Source of the DNA: an uncultured Chryseobacterium sp.
GTDB taxonomy: Bacteria; Bacteroidota; Bacteroidia; Flavobacteriales_F; PHOS-HE28
Length of the DNA stretch: 28,031 bases
Direction of reading: 5' to 3'
NCBI GenBank assembly: GCA_964621425.1
Contig: CAZUNW010000006.1
Span: forward strand, 1-28,031
Part shown: positions 8,418-17,800 of the stretch, one piece after another
Numbering within the stretch: position 1 is the stretch's first letter
Layout: every line of letters starts with the position of its first letter
Notes under the pieces: model-generated
Told to the model about the DNA's origin: nothing
What the model saw: only the letters and a program-made list of their open reading frames with translations
Database searches by the model: none
Translations under genes and position numbers: made by a program

Positions 8418-8421
8418 TAAT

Positions 8422-8446
8422 CCGTAGGGAAGGGGCGCCCTTCCCT
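8422..8446 (+). other. Leader motif CCGTAGGGAAGGGGCGC with a 9-bp hairpin
   Basis: AGGGAAGGG (8426-8434)-GCG-CCCTTCCCT (8438-8446). The motif is nearly identical to 22574-22589. Confidence 0.55.
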
Positions 8447-8485
8447 CGCAACGATCCAACGCATCACCTCGAATACCTCGATCGG

Positions 8486-9259
8486 ATGAGCATCCTGACC
8501 CTTCGTTCCGCAAGCCTGGCCCTTGTGCTGGGCGCCACTTCCATGTTGCAGGCACAGAGCCCGGTTGACGTCGGGATCTTCGCCAACGACGGCCGGTTGG
8601 AGGTCCGTGTACGTCCCACTGTGGACTTTGACGGCATCTTCAGTTCGGTGGTCTTCACCCTGCGCTGGGATCGCAGTGCCAATGTGCAACTGGGCGACGC
8701 CGTGCAGCCTGAGGGCCCCCGCACCTATATCCCCATCTCCGCCGCTGGCGCCGTGCGCGAGGGCGGTTCATACAATTACCAGGTGTTCGCCGGCTTCGGT
8801 TTCGAGCCTATGCGCAACATGGGCACCTCCTGGACGGCCGGGCAGGAATACACCGTACTGACCATCCCCTTTACCGGCGACGGCGTGGTGGAGCTGGTCA
8901 ATGACAGCTGGACGGGCGAGACCCAGAACAACGCCGACTACTACCTGTCCCTCGGGGGCATGGACCGCACGGGCACGATCTTCCAGAAGTCCATCAACGC
9001 CAGCGAGGTCGGTGCCGTGACCATCCTCCCGAACCCCAACGATGGCCAGTTCGTGTTCTCCTTTGCCGTTGGCGCTCCTGCGGACATCCAGGTGGAGGTG
9101 GTGAACGCCCTTGGCCAGAGCATGTTCACGGAGCAGCTCCGTGGGTTTGAAGGCACCTACCGGAAGGAAATGGACCTGCGCACCTCGAGCAATGGTGTGT
9201 ATTACCTGAAGATCACGCGCAACGGAACCACGGACGTCCACAAGATCGTCTACCGCTGA
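8486..9259 (+). CDS. Secreted protein with a T9SS type-A sorting (Por secretion) C-terminal domain
   Basis: Signal peptide MSILTLRSASLALVLGATSMLQA|Q. C-terminus VTILPNPNDG...VVNALGQ...NGVYYLKI...KIVYR. Start set at ATG 8486, 257 aa. Confidence 0.85.
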   Translation: MSILTLRSASLALVLGATSMLQAQSPVDVGIFANDGRLEVRVRPTVDFDGIFSSVVFTLRWDRSANVQLGDAVQPEGPRTYIPISAAGAVREGGSYNYQVFAGFGFEPMRNMGTSWTAGQEYTVLTIPFTGDGVVELVNDSWTGETQNNADYYLSLGGMDRTGTIFQKSINASEVGAVTILPNPNDGQFVFSFAVGAPADIQVEVVNALGQSMFTEQLRGFEGTYRKEMDLRTSSNGVYYLKITRNGTTDVHKIVYR

Positions 9260-9280
9260 GGTCAGGAATGGATCGACGCG

Positions 9281-9306
9281 GAAAGGGTGCCAGCTGGCAC
9301 CCTTTC
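9281..9306. terminator. Bidirectional intrinsic terminator
   Basis: Perfect 26-bp palindrome GAAAGGGTGCCAG|CTGGCACCCTTTC between the convergent stops at 9259 and 9308. Confidence 0.8.
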
Positions 9307-9307
9307 T

Positions 9308-12004
9308 TCATTCCCGGCAGATCGTGCAGTACTTGCTTTCCGGGTTGTGCGCGAAGACCATGGCAGGGTCGAACAGCCGCTGGATGACCTCGACCAACGC
9401 CGCCTCGATCAGTGGCAGGCGCTCCCGGGTGATGAGGTCGTCCTCGTTGAGCTTGAGGCAGATGGGCTTGGCGGGATCCGCATTGCGCATGGAAACGATC
9501 CGGGTGACCACGGCCTTCTCATCCGGGTGTGTTGTGAGCCACAGCCAGGCGTAGACCAGCAGCTGCAGGATCTTGTTGTCATCGGGCCTGAGGCTGGTGG
9601 GCAGCTCGATCTTCAGTTTGTTCGGGTCCACCCCACCCGTCTTGATGTCCACGAGGTGGACAATGCCGTCGCGCCGTTCTATACGGTCCAATCGTCCGCG
9701 CAAGTACACGTCATGGGAAAGGCCATGAGAAGCTGCGGGCAACAAGGCCTTTAGAGGCGTTTCCAGGCCGACGAGCCTGATGCCCTGGCCCCCTTGGATC
9801 AGCTGTGCCTCCGATCTCACCATGCGCTTGATCGCCTGCTTCGCCATGTGCAATTGGAGCAGGACGGCACCCTCGTTGCCGGACATGCCTTTGGGAAGCC
9901 ATTCCGGCAGGCGCTCCAGCGTGCCAGGAAGTTCATCCATCAGCCGCACCGGGTCGATCATGCCCCCCACATAGGGTCCGTAGTGGTGTTCGAGTGCGCT
10001 GTGGACCAGGTTGCCCAGTTCGTTATCCGCCATCATGCCGGCCGTGGACTCCTCGTCGCGGGTGCGCCAGGCGTGCCGGAACAGGAAGTTGAGCGGGCAG
10101 TTCAGCAGGTCGTTGAGTGCTGACGGGCTGAAACCATGGAAGGCCCGCTCCTTGAGCAGGATGAGCAGTTCATCGGTCAACGGGAGCAGGATGGGCTTTC
10201 CCTCGCGCTTGGCCATTGCCGGTCGTCGGGAGCCGGGTTCGAGGATTCCCGGCACCTCACGTTCCAGCTGGAGCACGAAGCGGCTCCGCTCATTCCCGGT
10301 CTCACCTTCGCTTGTGTGCATCAGGGTGAGCGACCCCGAGTGGTGCAGCAGGCGCATGAAGGTGTGGGCGGCGATGGCATCCATCTCGCCGCGCAGGGGT
10401 AGGCCCAAATGGCGGCGCAGGTCGCCGGGAATGAAGCTCTGCACGGTGTCCGCCGGTGGCAGCTGGCCCTCATTGGCGCCTACGATGATGACCCGTTCGT
10501 GGTCGGTGGCACGGGATTCCATCATACCCATCACCTGCAGGCCGTTCATCGGCTCGCCGCGCAACTCCACGCGTGCCTGGCGCATGAGGCGCTCCAGCAG
10601 CATGGCCACGGCCTGGTCGCCCGGGGCCTCACCGGTGGCCGCCAGGGCCACCGTCACCTGGTGGAGGACAGTGGCGATGCGGTGCGCCTGTTCGCGCACG
10701 AAGGGGTCGGGCCCGGTGGACGTGATCGCCTCGACGAGGGCGTCCCAAGCCGCCGTGCCCTGCCCGGGTGCTGTGCTTAGCGCCGCGACGAGGGCGACGT
10801 AGACGGGGTCCTCCACATCCCCGTGCAGTTCGTGCAGAGGTACGTGCGTCCTTCGTTCGCCGTAAAGGCTGGAGCGCATTCGGGTGACCGTTTTGGAGTC
10901 GCTCCAGGCGGGATGTTCCAGCAGAGCAAGGAGGTCGGCCGTGCGCATGCCACGTTCGTCCGCACTGGCATGCAGGCGTACGTGGAGGGCGAAGAGGCTG
11001 TTCAGGGGCAGGTGTGCCAGCGGCAGGCCCATGGTCACGTTCACCGGTCCGCATGCGGCCGGCAGCAGGCTGAGGAAGGGGAGGAGCAGCTGCTGGTCGG
11101 CCAGCAGCACGCAGGTCTGCGCGCGTTCCTCCGCAGGAAGGGCCATCACCTCTTCGATGGCGGCCATCACCATGGAGATCGCGTTGGGGAGGGCTATGGT
11201 CCGCACCGTTGGTGGCGCGGTGGCAATGCGCTCGCTGAGGGGCAGTTCGCCCGGGCCGTGGCGTTCCACCGACACACGCAGCGCGCGTCCCGCCTCCTGC
11301 AGCGGGTCGTCCATGTAGTGCCGGTCGGCATCCCATGCGAGGTGCACCATCCCGCGTTCGCGCAGGAGATCCACCACACGGTGCATGGCCGGTGAGGTGA
11401 TGTTCAGCCCTGCGACCCATACCCGGTGCCAGGGGGGTGTGTAGACCGGTGAGGCCATGCGCGCGGCAGCGGTGCGTGCAATGGCGCCGCGCGTGGCAAC
11501 TCCCCGTTGCACGAGGCGTTCCAGAAGCCCTTGGTGCAGGGCCGCATGGTGGGCCCAGTGGTGGGCCAGTCGTTGCTGGCCCTCGCTGAGCTGGCCTCCG
11601 GTGAAACTCCACGCATCGATCTCCTCGAACTGGTGCAGTTCACGGTACACCACCGCCGGATCCAGCAGGTGCTCATCCACCTCGTTCATGTCCAGCAGGG
11701 CCGTTGGGGCCCATCCCAGGAAGGTGTGCAGGTCATCCGCCGCGGGTCCCTTGATGGATCGGTGGACCGCGTGGAGCTCAAGCAGCGTGAGGTGGGTGGG
11801 CTGTTCCTGCAGGCCGGAGATGCGTTCAAGGAAGCCGTCCGGCGTGAGCAGGACAGGGCTCCAGAGGGGCCGGTCATGCGCTTCGGCCAGGTGGCGTTGC
11901 AGGTGGAGCCCCGCCCTGCGGCTGGGCAGCACCACGGCCACGTTCAGGAGGTCCGCGCCGTGGGTCCGGAGCAGCAGTTGGGCCAGGTCGCGCAGGAATG
12001 CCAT
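9308..12004 (-). CDS. addB: PD-(D/E)XK nuclease family protein, AddB/RexB-like subunit
   Basis: Inactive-helicase-like N-terminus (FLRDLA...VVLPSRRAG, LQVMGMMESRA). C-terminal nuclease FSPSALNDLLNCP...GRLDRIER...VDIKTG...QLLVY. Start set at ATG 12004, 898 aa. Confidence 0.75.
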   Translation of the reverse strand: MAFLRDLAQLLLRTHGADLLNVAVVLPSRRAGLHLQRHLAEAHDRPLWSPVLLTPDGFLERISGLQEQPTHLTLLELHAVHRSIKGPAADDLHTFLGWAPTALLDMNEVDEHLLDPAVVYRELHQFEEIDAWSFTGGQLSEGQQRLAHHWAHHAALHQGLLERLVQRGVATRGAIARTAAARMASPVYTPPWHRVWVAGLNITSPAMHRVVDLLRERGMVHLAWDADRHYMDDPLQEAGRALRVSVERHGPGELPLSERIATAPPTVRTIALPNAISMVMAAIEEVMALPAEERAQTCVLLADQQLLLPFLSLLPAACGPVNVTMGLPLAHLPLNSLFALHVRLHASADERGMRTADLLALLEHPAWSDSKTVTRMRSSLYGERRTHVPLHELHGDVEDPVYVALVAALSTAPGQGTAAWDALVEAITSTGPDPFVREQAHRIATVLHQVTVALAATGEAPGDQAVAMLLERLMRQARVELRGEPMNGLQVMGMMESRATDHERVIIVGANEGQLPPADTVQSFIPGDLRRHLGLPLRGEMDAIAAHTFMRLLHHSGSLTLMHTSEGETGNERSRFVLQLEREVPGILEPGSRRPAMAKREGKPILLPLTDELLILLKERAFHGFSPSALNDLLNCPLNFLFRHAWRTRDEESTAGMMADNELGNLVHSALEHHYGPYVGGMIDPVRLMDELPGTLERLPEWLPKGMSGNEGAVLLQLHMAKQAIKRMVRSEAQLIQGGQGIRLVGLETPLKALLPAASHGLSHDVYLRGRLDRIERRDGIVHLVDIKTGGVDPNKLKIELPTSLRPDDNKILQLLVYAWLWLTTHPDEKAVVTRIVSMRNADPAKPICLKLNEDDLITRERLPLIEAALVEVIQRLFDPAMVFAHNPESKYCTICRE

Positions 12005-12028
12005 GTGGCGGCCGAAATTAGCCGTCGC
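12005..12028. promoter_or_regulatory. 24-bp bidirectional promoter region
   Basis: Minus strand TAATTTCG (12013-12020) lies 8 nt before the addB ATG. Plus strand GAAATTAG (12014-12021) lies 7 nt before ATG 12029. The two elements overlap. Confidence 0.5.
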
Positions 12029-12271
12029 ATGCCCACCGCGTTCCCCCAGTTCCGCAAGTCCTCGAACGGCGCGAATTATTACCGGATCGATGGTCCCGAC
12101 CGGTTCGAGGAGCTGCAGCTCATCGGCGCACGGGTGGTGCGGCATGTGGTGGAGGCGCGGTCCTACCCGGAAAAGGTGCGCGTGATCGAGCTGCTGGAGG
12201 GTGCGGGTGGTGCCTTCCTGCCCATTGGCGAGGCGGACTTCCTGGCCGTGGCCGGGCGCTTGACCCGGTAG
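12029..12271 (+). CDS. Small hypothetical protein (80 aa)
   Basis: MPTAFPQFRKSSNGANYYRIDGPDRFEELQLIGARVVRHVVEARSYPEKVRVIELLEG... fills an otherwise empty gap, has host-like codons and follows a promoter-like element. It resembles a small Bacteroidota protein (FP.YRK...YF.I.....FEE.Q.IG...YPE) as I recall it; this was not searched. Confidence 0.7.
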   Translation: MPTAFPQFRKSSNGANYYRIDGPDRFEELQLIGARVVRHVVEARSYPEKVRVIELLEGAGGAFLPIGEADFLAVAGRLTR

Positions 12272-12300
12272 CTGCTCAAATGACCGAACAACCGGAGGGC

Positions 12301-12309
12301 TTACCTTGT
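12301..12309 (+). promoter_or_regulatory. Possible -7 element of the PKD cargo gene
   Basis: TTACCTTGT lies about 15 nt before ATG 12325 and is a degenerate TAnnTTTG. Confidence 0.3.
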
Positions 12310-12324
12310 CGTCATCACCTGCGG

Positions 12325-14451
12325 ATGCCGCGCGCCATTGCCCTCATCGCGACCTGGTCGTTGGCCCTTGCCTCCATGGCCACCCACATCCTGGGTGGCG
12401 AGCTGTATTATGTGCACCAGGGGGGTGACAGCTACCTGTTCACGTTGAAGCTTTACCGGGACTGCGGACCGAACAATGGCAATGGCACCGGGTTCGATGC
12501 GCAGGCGGAGCTCGGGGTCTTCGATGCCGCGGGTAACTACCTGTTCTCCGAGTTCGTGCCCTTCCCAGGCAGTTCGCCGGTTCCGGTCGTGCTGAACAAC
12601 CCCTGCCTGACCGCCCCGCCGGGCCTGTGCGTGGAGCAGGCCTTCTACAGCGCCGTGCTGGATCTGCCAGCGCAACCGGGGGGCTATGTGGTGAGCTACC
12701 AGCGATGCTGCCGCACGCCCATCATCCTCAATCTGGCCAACCCGGGTGATGAAGGGCTAACCTGCACGGTGGGCGTACCGGACATCACCCTCACTGGCGC
12801 CAACTCCAGCCCCGCTTTCAACGGCTTTCCGCCCGTTGCCCTGTGCGTGGGCCAGAACATGGTGTTCGACCATTCCGCCACCGACCCGGACGGAGACCAG
12901 TTGGTGTACGAACTATGCACCCCGCTCACCGGGGGCGACCCCATCAACCCGCTCCCCTCGCCACCGGCCGGCCCGCCATACACACCCGTGGGCTGGGCCA
13001 TCGGTTATTCCCAGAACTACCAGATGGACGCCAATCCGCCGTTGGCGATCGATCCGGTGAGCGGCCAGTTGACGGTGACGCCGGCCCAGGTGGGCAGCTA
13101 TGTGGTCGGTGTACGGGTGAAGGAGTTCAGGAACGGCGTTCAGCTGAGCGAGGTACGACGGGACTTCCGCTTCGATGCCGTGGCCTGTGCGGTCAACATA
13201 TCCAGTTCCATCCAGCAGCAACAGACCCTGTGCGATGGCCTGCAGGTGGACATGGTGAACCAGAGCGTGGGCGGCAACAGCTACTTCTGGGATTTCGGCG
13301 ACCCGAACACCCTCTCCGATACAAGCAGCCTCTTCGCCCCGAGCTACACCTATGGTGATACCGGGCAGTTCAACGTGATGCTTGTGGTGAACCCCGGCTG
13401 GCCATGCGGCGACACGAGTTACGCCTCCTTCCAGGTTTATCTCCCGCTTGAGCCCGTCTTCGCTTCACCCCCCGTGCAATGCCTCGGTGCCGGTCCCGTT
13501 CAACTGGAGGCCATCGGCAACTTCACCGTGCAGGCCGATGTGGTGTGGGACCTGGGCCCCGGAGCCGCGCCTGCGCAGTTGACCGGGGCCGTTGTCGGTG
13601 CTGGCTTCGTACAGCCCGGTGAACAGGTCGTCACCGTCACGGTCACCGAGCACGGATGCATGGACGCCTACACGGACACCGTTGTTGTCCATCCCCCGCC
13701 GGTTCCCGCCTTCCAGGTCGATACGATGGGCTGCCTGCCCCTGGAGGTCCGTTTCAACAACCAGAGCTCGGCGTGGACGCCCATGAGCTTCCTGTGGGAC
13801 CTCGGCGATGGCGGCCAGAGCACCGACAGCGTGCCGGTCCATGTGTACACTGTGGAGGGACAGTACGACGTAACGCTGACGGTGATGACGTCGACCGGTT
13901 GCGTGGACACGGTGAGCCTGACCGCCCCTTCAGTCGTCATGGTGTGGGATCCGCCGGTGGCCGGGCTTTACACCGGTACACCGGTGGTGGACGTGTTCGA
14001 TCCGCTGGTCACCATCAACGATGCATCGGTGAACGCGGACACGTGGTCCTATACGGTGGACGGCACCACGTACACCGATGCCGCCTTCACACACCTGTTC
14101 TCGGACGCGGGTTCCTTCGAGGTGGTGCAGGTGGTGACCAGCGGCCTTGGCTGCCGTGATACGAGCAGCATCCGCGTGATCGTGACGGGTTCGCTGTTCC
14201 ATGCCCCCAACTCCTTTACGCCGGACGGGGACGGTGTGAACGACACGTGGATGCCGGTGGTGTTCGGTGCGCGGGAGTACGAGCTGTCCATCTTCGACCG
14301 CTGGGGGACGAGGATCTTTCACACGTTCGATGCGCAGGCGGGTTGGGATGGCGCCGACGTTCCCGTGGGCGTCTACACCTACAAGGTGCGCCTTGCCGAA
14401 CAGGGGCCGGAGCGTTACGAGCACATCGGATCGATCACCTTGGTGCGCTGA
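12325..14451 (+). CDS. PKD-domain protein with a gliding-motility-associated (T9SS type-B) C-terminal domain
   Basis: Signal peptide, then THILGGELYY...YRDC...QRCCR N-terminal region and 3-4 PKD units (YFWDFGD, VVWDLG, FLWDLGDG). CTD is APNSFTPDGDGVND...IFDRWG...GWDG...GSITLVR. Start set at ATG 12325, 708 aa. Confidence 0.88.
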   Translation: MPRAIALIATWSLALASMATHILGGELYYVHQGGDSYLFTLKLYRDCGPNNGNGTGFDAQAELGVFDAAGNYLFSEFVPFPGSSPVPVVLNNPCLTAPPGLCVEQAFYSAVLDLPAQPGGYVVSYQRCCRTPIILNLANPGDEGLTCTVGVPDITLTGANSSPAFNGFPPVALCVGQNMVFDHSATDPDGDQLVYELCTPLTGGDPINPLPSPPAGPPYTPVGWAIGYSQNYQMDANPPLAIDPVSGQLTVTPAQVGSYVVGVRVKEFRNGVQLSEVRRDFRFDAVACAVNISSSIQQQQTLCDGLQVDMVNQSVGGNSYFWDFGDPNTLSDTSSLFAPSYTYGDTGQFNVMLVVNPGWPCGDTSYASFQVYLPLEPVFASPPVQCLGAGPVQLEAIGNFTVQADVVWDLGPGAAPAQLTGAVVGAGFVQPGEQVVTVTVTEHGCMDAYTDTVVVHPPPVPAFQVDTMGCLPLEVRFNNQSSAWTPMSFLWDLGDGGQSTDSVPVHVYTVEGQYDVTLTVMTSTGCVDTVSLTAPSVVMVWDPPVAGLYTGTPVVDVFDPLVTINDASVNADTWSYTVDGTTYTDAAFTHLFSDAGSFEVVQVVTSGLGCRDTSSIRVIVTGSLFHAPNSFTPDGDGVNDTWMPVVFGAREYELSIFDRWGTRIFHTFDAQAGWDGADVPVGVYTYKVRLAEQGPERYEHIGSITLVR

Positions 14452-14896
14452 TGCGCATCTCGATGTGCGGGATTCCGTCGAGGTCGAAGACCTCGCCATG
14501 GCGCTTGTAGCCGTGTGCGGCATAGAAGGCTTCCAGGTGGGCCTGGGCGGACATCCGGCTGGACGCGCTGCCGTGGGTGGACCGCAGCACCACGAGCACC
14601 TGTTCCATCAGGCGATGGCCCAGGCCCGTACCCCGATGGGCTGCATCCACCACCACGCGCCCCACACCAGGCAGGCCCTCCGCACCGGGCGGCAGGATGC
14701 GTGCATAGGCCGCCACACGGCCTTCCGGGGTCCTGCCGATCACATGGAGCGCGTCCTGGTCCCGGTCATCGACTTCGGGATAGGGACAATCCTGTTCCAC
14801 CACGAAAACGTTCGTGCGCAGTTGCAGCACGGCATAGAGCGTGTGGGTGTCCAGTTCATTGAACAGCAGCGTCCGCCAGGTGATCGTGTTCGTCAT
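14435..14896 (-). CDS. elaA: GNAT N-acetyltransferase, ElaA family
   Basis: LYAVLQLRTNVFVVEQDCPYPEVD, GRVVV...RGTGLG, SAQAHLEAFY..HG and LDGIPHIEM. The ATG overlaps the addA stop (ATGA). Confidence 0.85.
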   Translation of the reverse strand: MTNTITWRTLLFNELDTHTLYAVLQLRTNVFVVEQDCPYPEVDDRDQDALHVIGRTPEGRVAAYARILPPGAEGLPGVGRVVVDAAHRGTGLGHRLMEQVLVVLRSTHGSASSRMSAQAHLEAFYAAHGYKRHGEVFDLDGIPHIEMRISAPR

Positions 14897-17800
14897 GCCA
14901 CGGGTTCGAGGGTGCCGCTGGCCAGGTAGAGCAGGGCGCCCTGGACGGGAGCGCCGGTGACGTTACGCAGCAGTTCCATGTAGCCGCGCACCTGTTGTCC
15001 GTGAGCGTCATGCGGCGAGCCGGTCTTGATGTCGAGCACGCGCCATCCATTCGCATCCCGCACCACGCGGTCAGGTCGTGCGCTGCGGTCGCCTGGGTTG
15101 ATGATCGGGGTCTCCGTGATCACCTGCAGGCCCTCGCCATACCAGGGGCGCAGGTCCTCCCGGTTCAGCAGGGCTTCCAGTCGCGGGCGCCATGCAGCAT
15201 GCTCCGCGGGACCAAGCTCCCCTTTGGCCACGGCCGCTGTGAGTGCCATGTCGAGGTCATCCACGGTCTGCACGCGCGCGAGCAGGTCGTGCAGGGTGTC
15301 CCCCATGCGCCTGCGCTCATCGGGACCTACAGGGCCATTGTCCGGTGCGGTGGTCCGGACGAGGAGCTCCGCACCGCCCCCCGGTGCGATCGGGAGCAGG
15401 AAGGCATCCTTCGGGCTGGCCTCCTCCTTGCTGGACACCAACTGCCGTTCGCCGATCACCAGGCGATCCGATCCTCCCTTTTCATGCGCTTCGATGTAGG
15501 CCCTGATCCCGTCGGAGAGGGTGTCCGCGCGCGAGCTCGGGACCACTGCGTAAAGGCGTTGTTCCGGTCGGGTAAAGGCCACGTAGAGCAGGTCCAACCG
15601 GTCCAGGGCCTTCAGCTCGGTCTCCTCCCGCACTTCCGGTACATCGGGAGCCTTGTCGCCCTTGTAGGTGATCAGGGTGGCGCGCAGTTCAGGGTCGATG
15701 CTGCTGGGGTCGATCCACAGCCTTGTGACGGACTGTGCGTCCGAGCCCATGTTCGTGCTCGGGAGGATCACCACCGGGAACTGGAGCCCCTTGGCCTTGT
15801 GGATGGTCATGACCTTCACCGCGTCCTTTCCGGCGGGGATGGATACCGCACGATCGGCATAGGCGCGTTCCCAATGCTCGAGGAAGCCGGCCGGATCATG
15901 CCCGTGCTGTTGCTGGTGTTCGCGCACGGCGTCGAGCAGCACGTTGAGGAAGAGGTCCGTGGCTGGGTTGAGCCCGCAGCTGTGCACGTGGCCCAGCATG
16001 CGGTCCAGCAGGGTGGAGGATGCCCGCGGTCGCGCCGGGAAGCATTTGCGCACGCGCTCCATGGCGTTGCCGTGATGCGGGTCGGCCGGCGGATGCAGCA
16101 GTGCCTGGTCGATGAGCCCGGCATCCACCCCGGCCGCCAGCGCCTGCAGGGCGGTGGATCTTGACGGTGCCATGTCCAGCCGCAGCAGGGCGAGAACAAG
16201 GTCCACCGCCGCATCGCTGCTGAGCCGGAGGCCATCGGGGCTAACCACGTCAAAGCCGGCCGCGGTGATCGCCAGCGCCACCTGCTGCCCTTTGTCCCTG
16301 CTGCGCACAAGCACTGCGATGTCACCGGGTCGGTGACCGTCCGCGATGCACTCCTGGATGCGGTCCACGGTCCATGCGATCGACCAGGTTTCCGTTGCAC
16401 CTGCCGGGTCCAGCTTGGGCGCGACCTCGAGGTGGACCAGCCCACCGTGTGGTTTCCGGGCCTCCTGGGCCTGGTCGTCATAGACGGGCTGATAGCGCAC
16501 CGGCAGCAGTTGCCGCAATTGGTCGAACAGGCGGTTGTTGAGCTCCACGATGGTCGCGGACGAGCGGTGGTTGTCCCGCAGGGGGGCGAGCGGGGACCAG
16601 GAGGACCGCAGGAACTGTTCACGACGCTGGCCATCGGCCAGCAGCTCGCGTCCGTGGATGGCGGGCAGCTCCTTGAACTGGCGCACCTCGCCGTTGCGCC
16701 AGCGGTAGATGGCCTGCTTGGCATCGCCCACCAGGAAAACCGAACCGCCGTTGGACAGGGCGTTCTCCGCGAGCGGCAGCAGGGCATGCCACTGCATCAC
16801 CGAGGTATCCTGGAACTCGTCGATGAGGAAATGGCGGTACCGCTGGCCGAGCCGTTCGTAGAGGAAGGGAACAGGTTCATCGCGCACCACGCGTTCCACG
16901 GCACGCGTGAGGTCCTGGAAGAAGGTCACCCCGTCCTCCCGCTTGGCGACCTCCAGTTCGTCGGAAAGGGTGCACAGGGCTCCTGTGGCCATCAGTTCCT
17001 TGCGAAACATGATCCGCAGCTGGTGGTCACGGAAGCTGCCGTCATCGGTCCACCGCCTCACGGCCTCCACCGCGCCCCGCTGCATGTCGGCCAGTCCGTC
17101 AAGCGCGACCCGCGCGGACCGGGAGGCCTTGGTGCTCGCCCAGCGGCCTTCCCTGGCGACATCCTCCGTAGTGGGTGTCAGCTTTATGTCCTCGGCTGGG
17201 AAGGCGGCCATCCGCTTCAGCAGGGTGAAGATGGCACCCTTCCTGGCCAGATCCCCCTCTTCGAGCCCTGCGTTCCTCAGGGCCAGCAGGCCATGTTGCC
17301 CCATGTCGTTCACCTCCTTGCGGAAGGCGCGGATGGCCTTGTTCAGTCGGTCCTCCGCGCGCAGCATGGCGGCGGCGTCCATTTGCTTGAGGGTGGCCAG
17401 GTGCCGGATGGCCTGTTCCTGGTCGAGCTCACCCACCAGTTGTTCGAAGGGGGCTGTGGGCTGCCAGCGCGCCTCATCCTCAACCAGGCGTTCGCACGCC
17501 TTCACCAGTACATCGGTGAGCGCATGATCTCGTCCGGCGGCGTCCAGCACGAGCTCGATGGCGCGCTGGCGGTACCATTTCTGGTCGGTGGACATGCGGA
17601 GGTCCTGGTCCAGCTTCAGGTCGCGGGTAAAGGGTTTCACCAGACGGCGGACGAAGGCGTCGATGGTGGTAATGGACAGATCGGACCAATGGTGCAGCAT
17701 ATCCCGAAGCACCGCTTGTGCCCTGGCCGTGGCCTCTTCCGGGCCGATACCGTTCGCATCCTTCAATGCAGCCAGCAGGTCAGCGATGCGCTGGTCGGTG

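Noticed and set aside
14435-14451. 17-bp convergent overlap of the PKD cargo and elaA (and an 11-bp overlap at 246-256)
   Set aside because: Short tail-to-tail overlaps are common in compact bacterial genomes.
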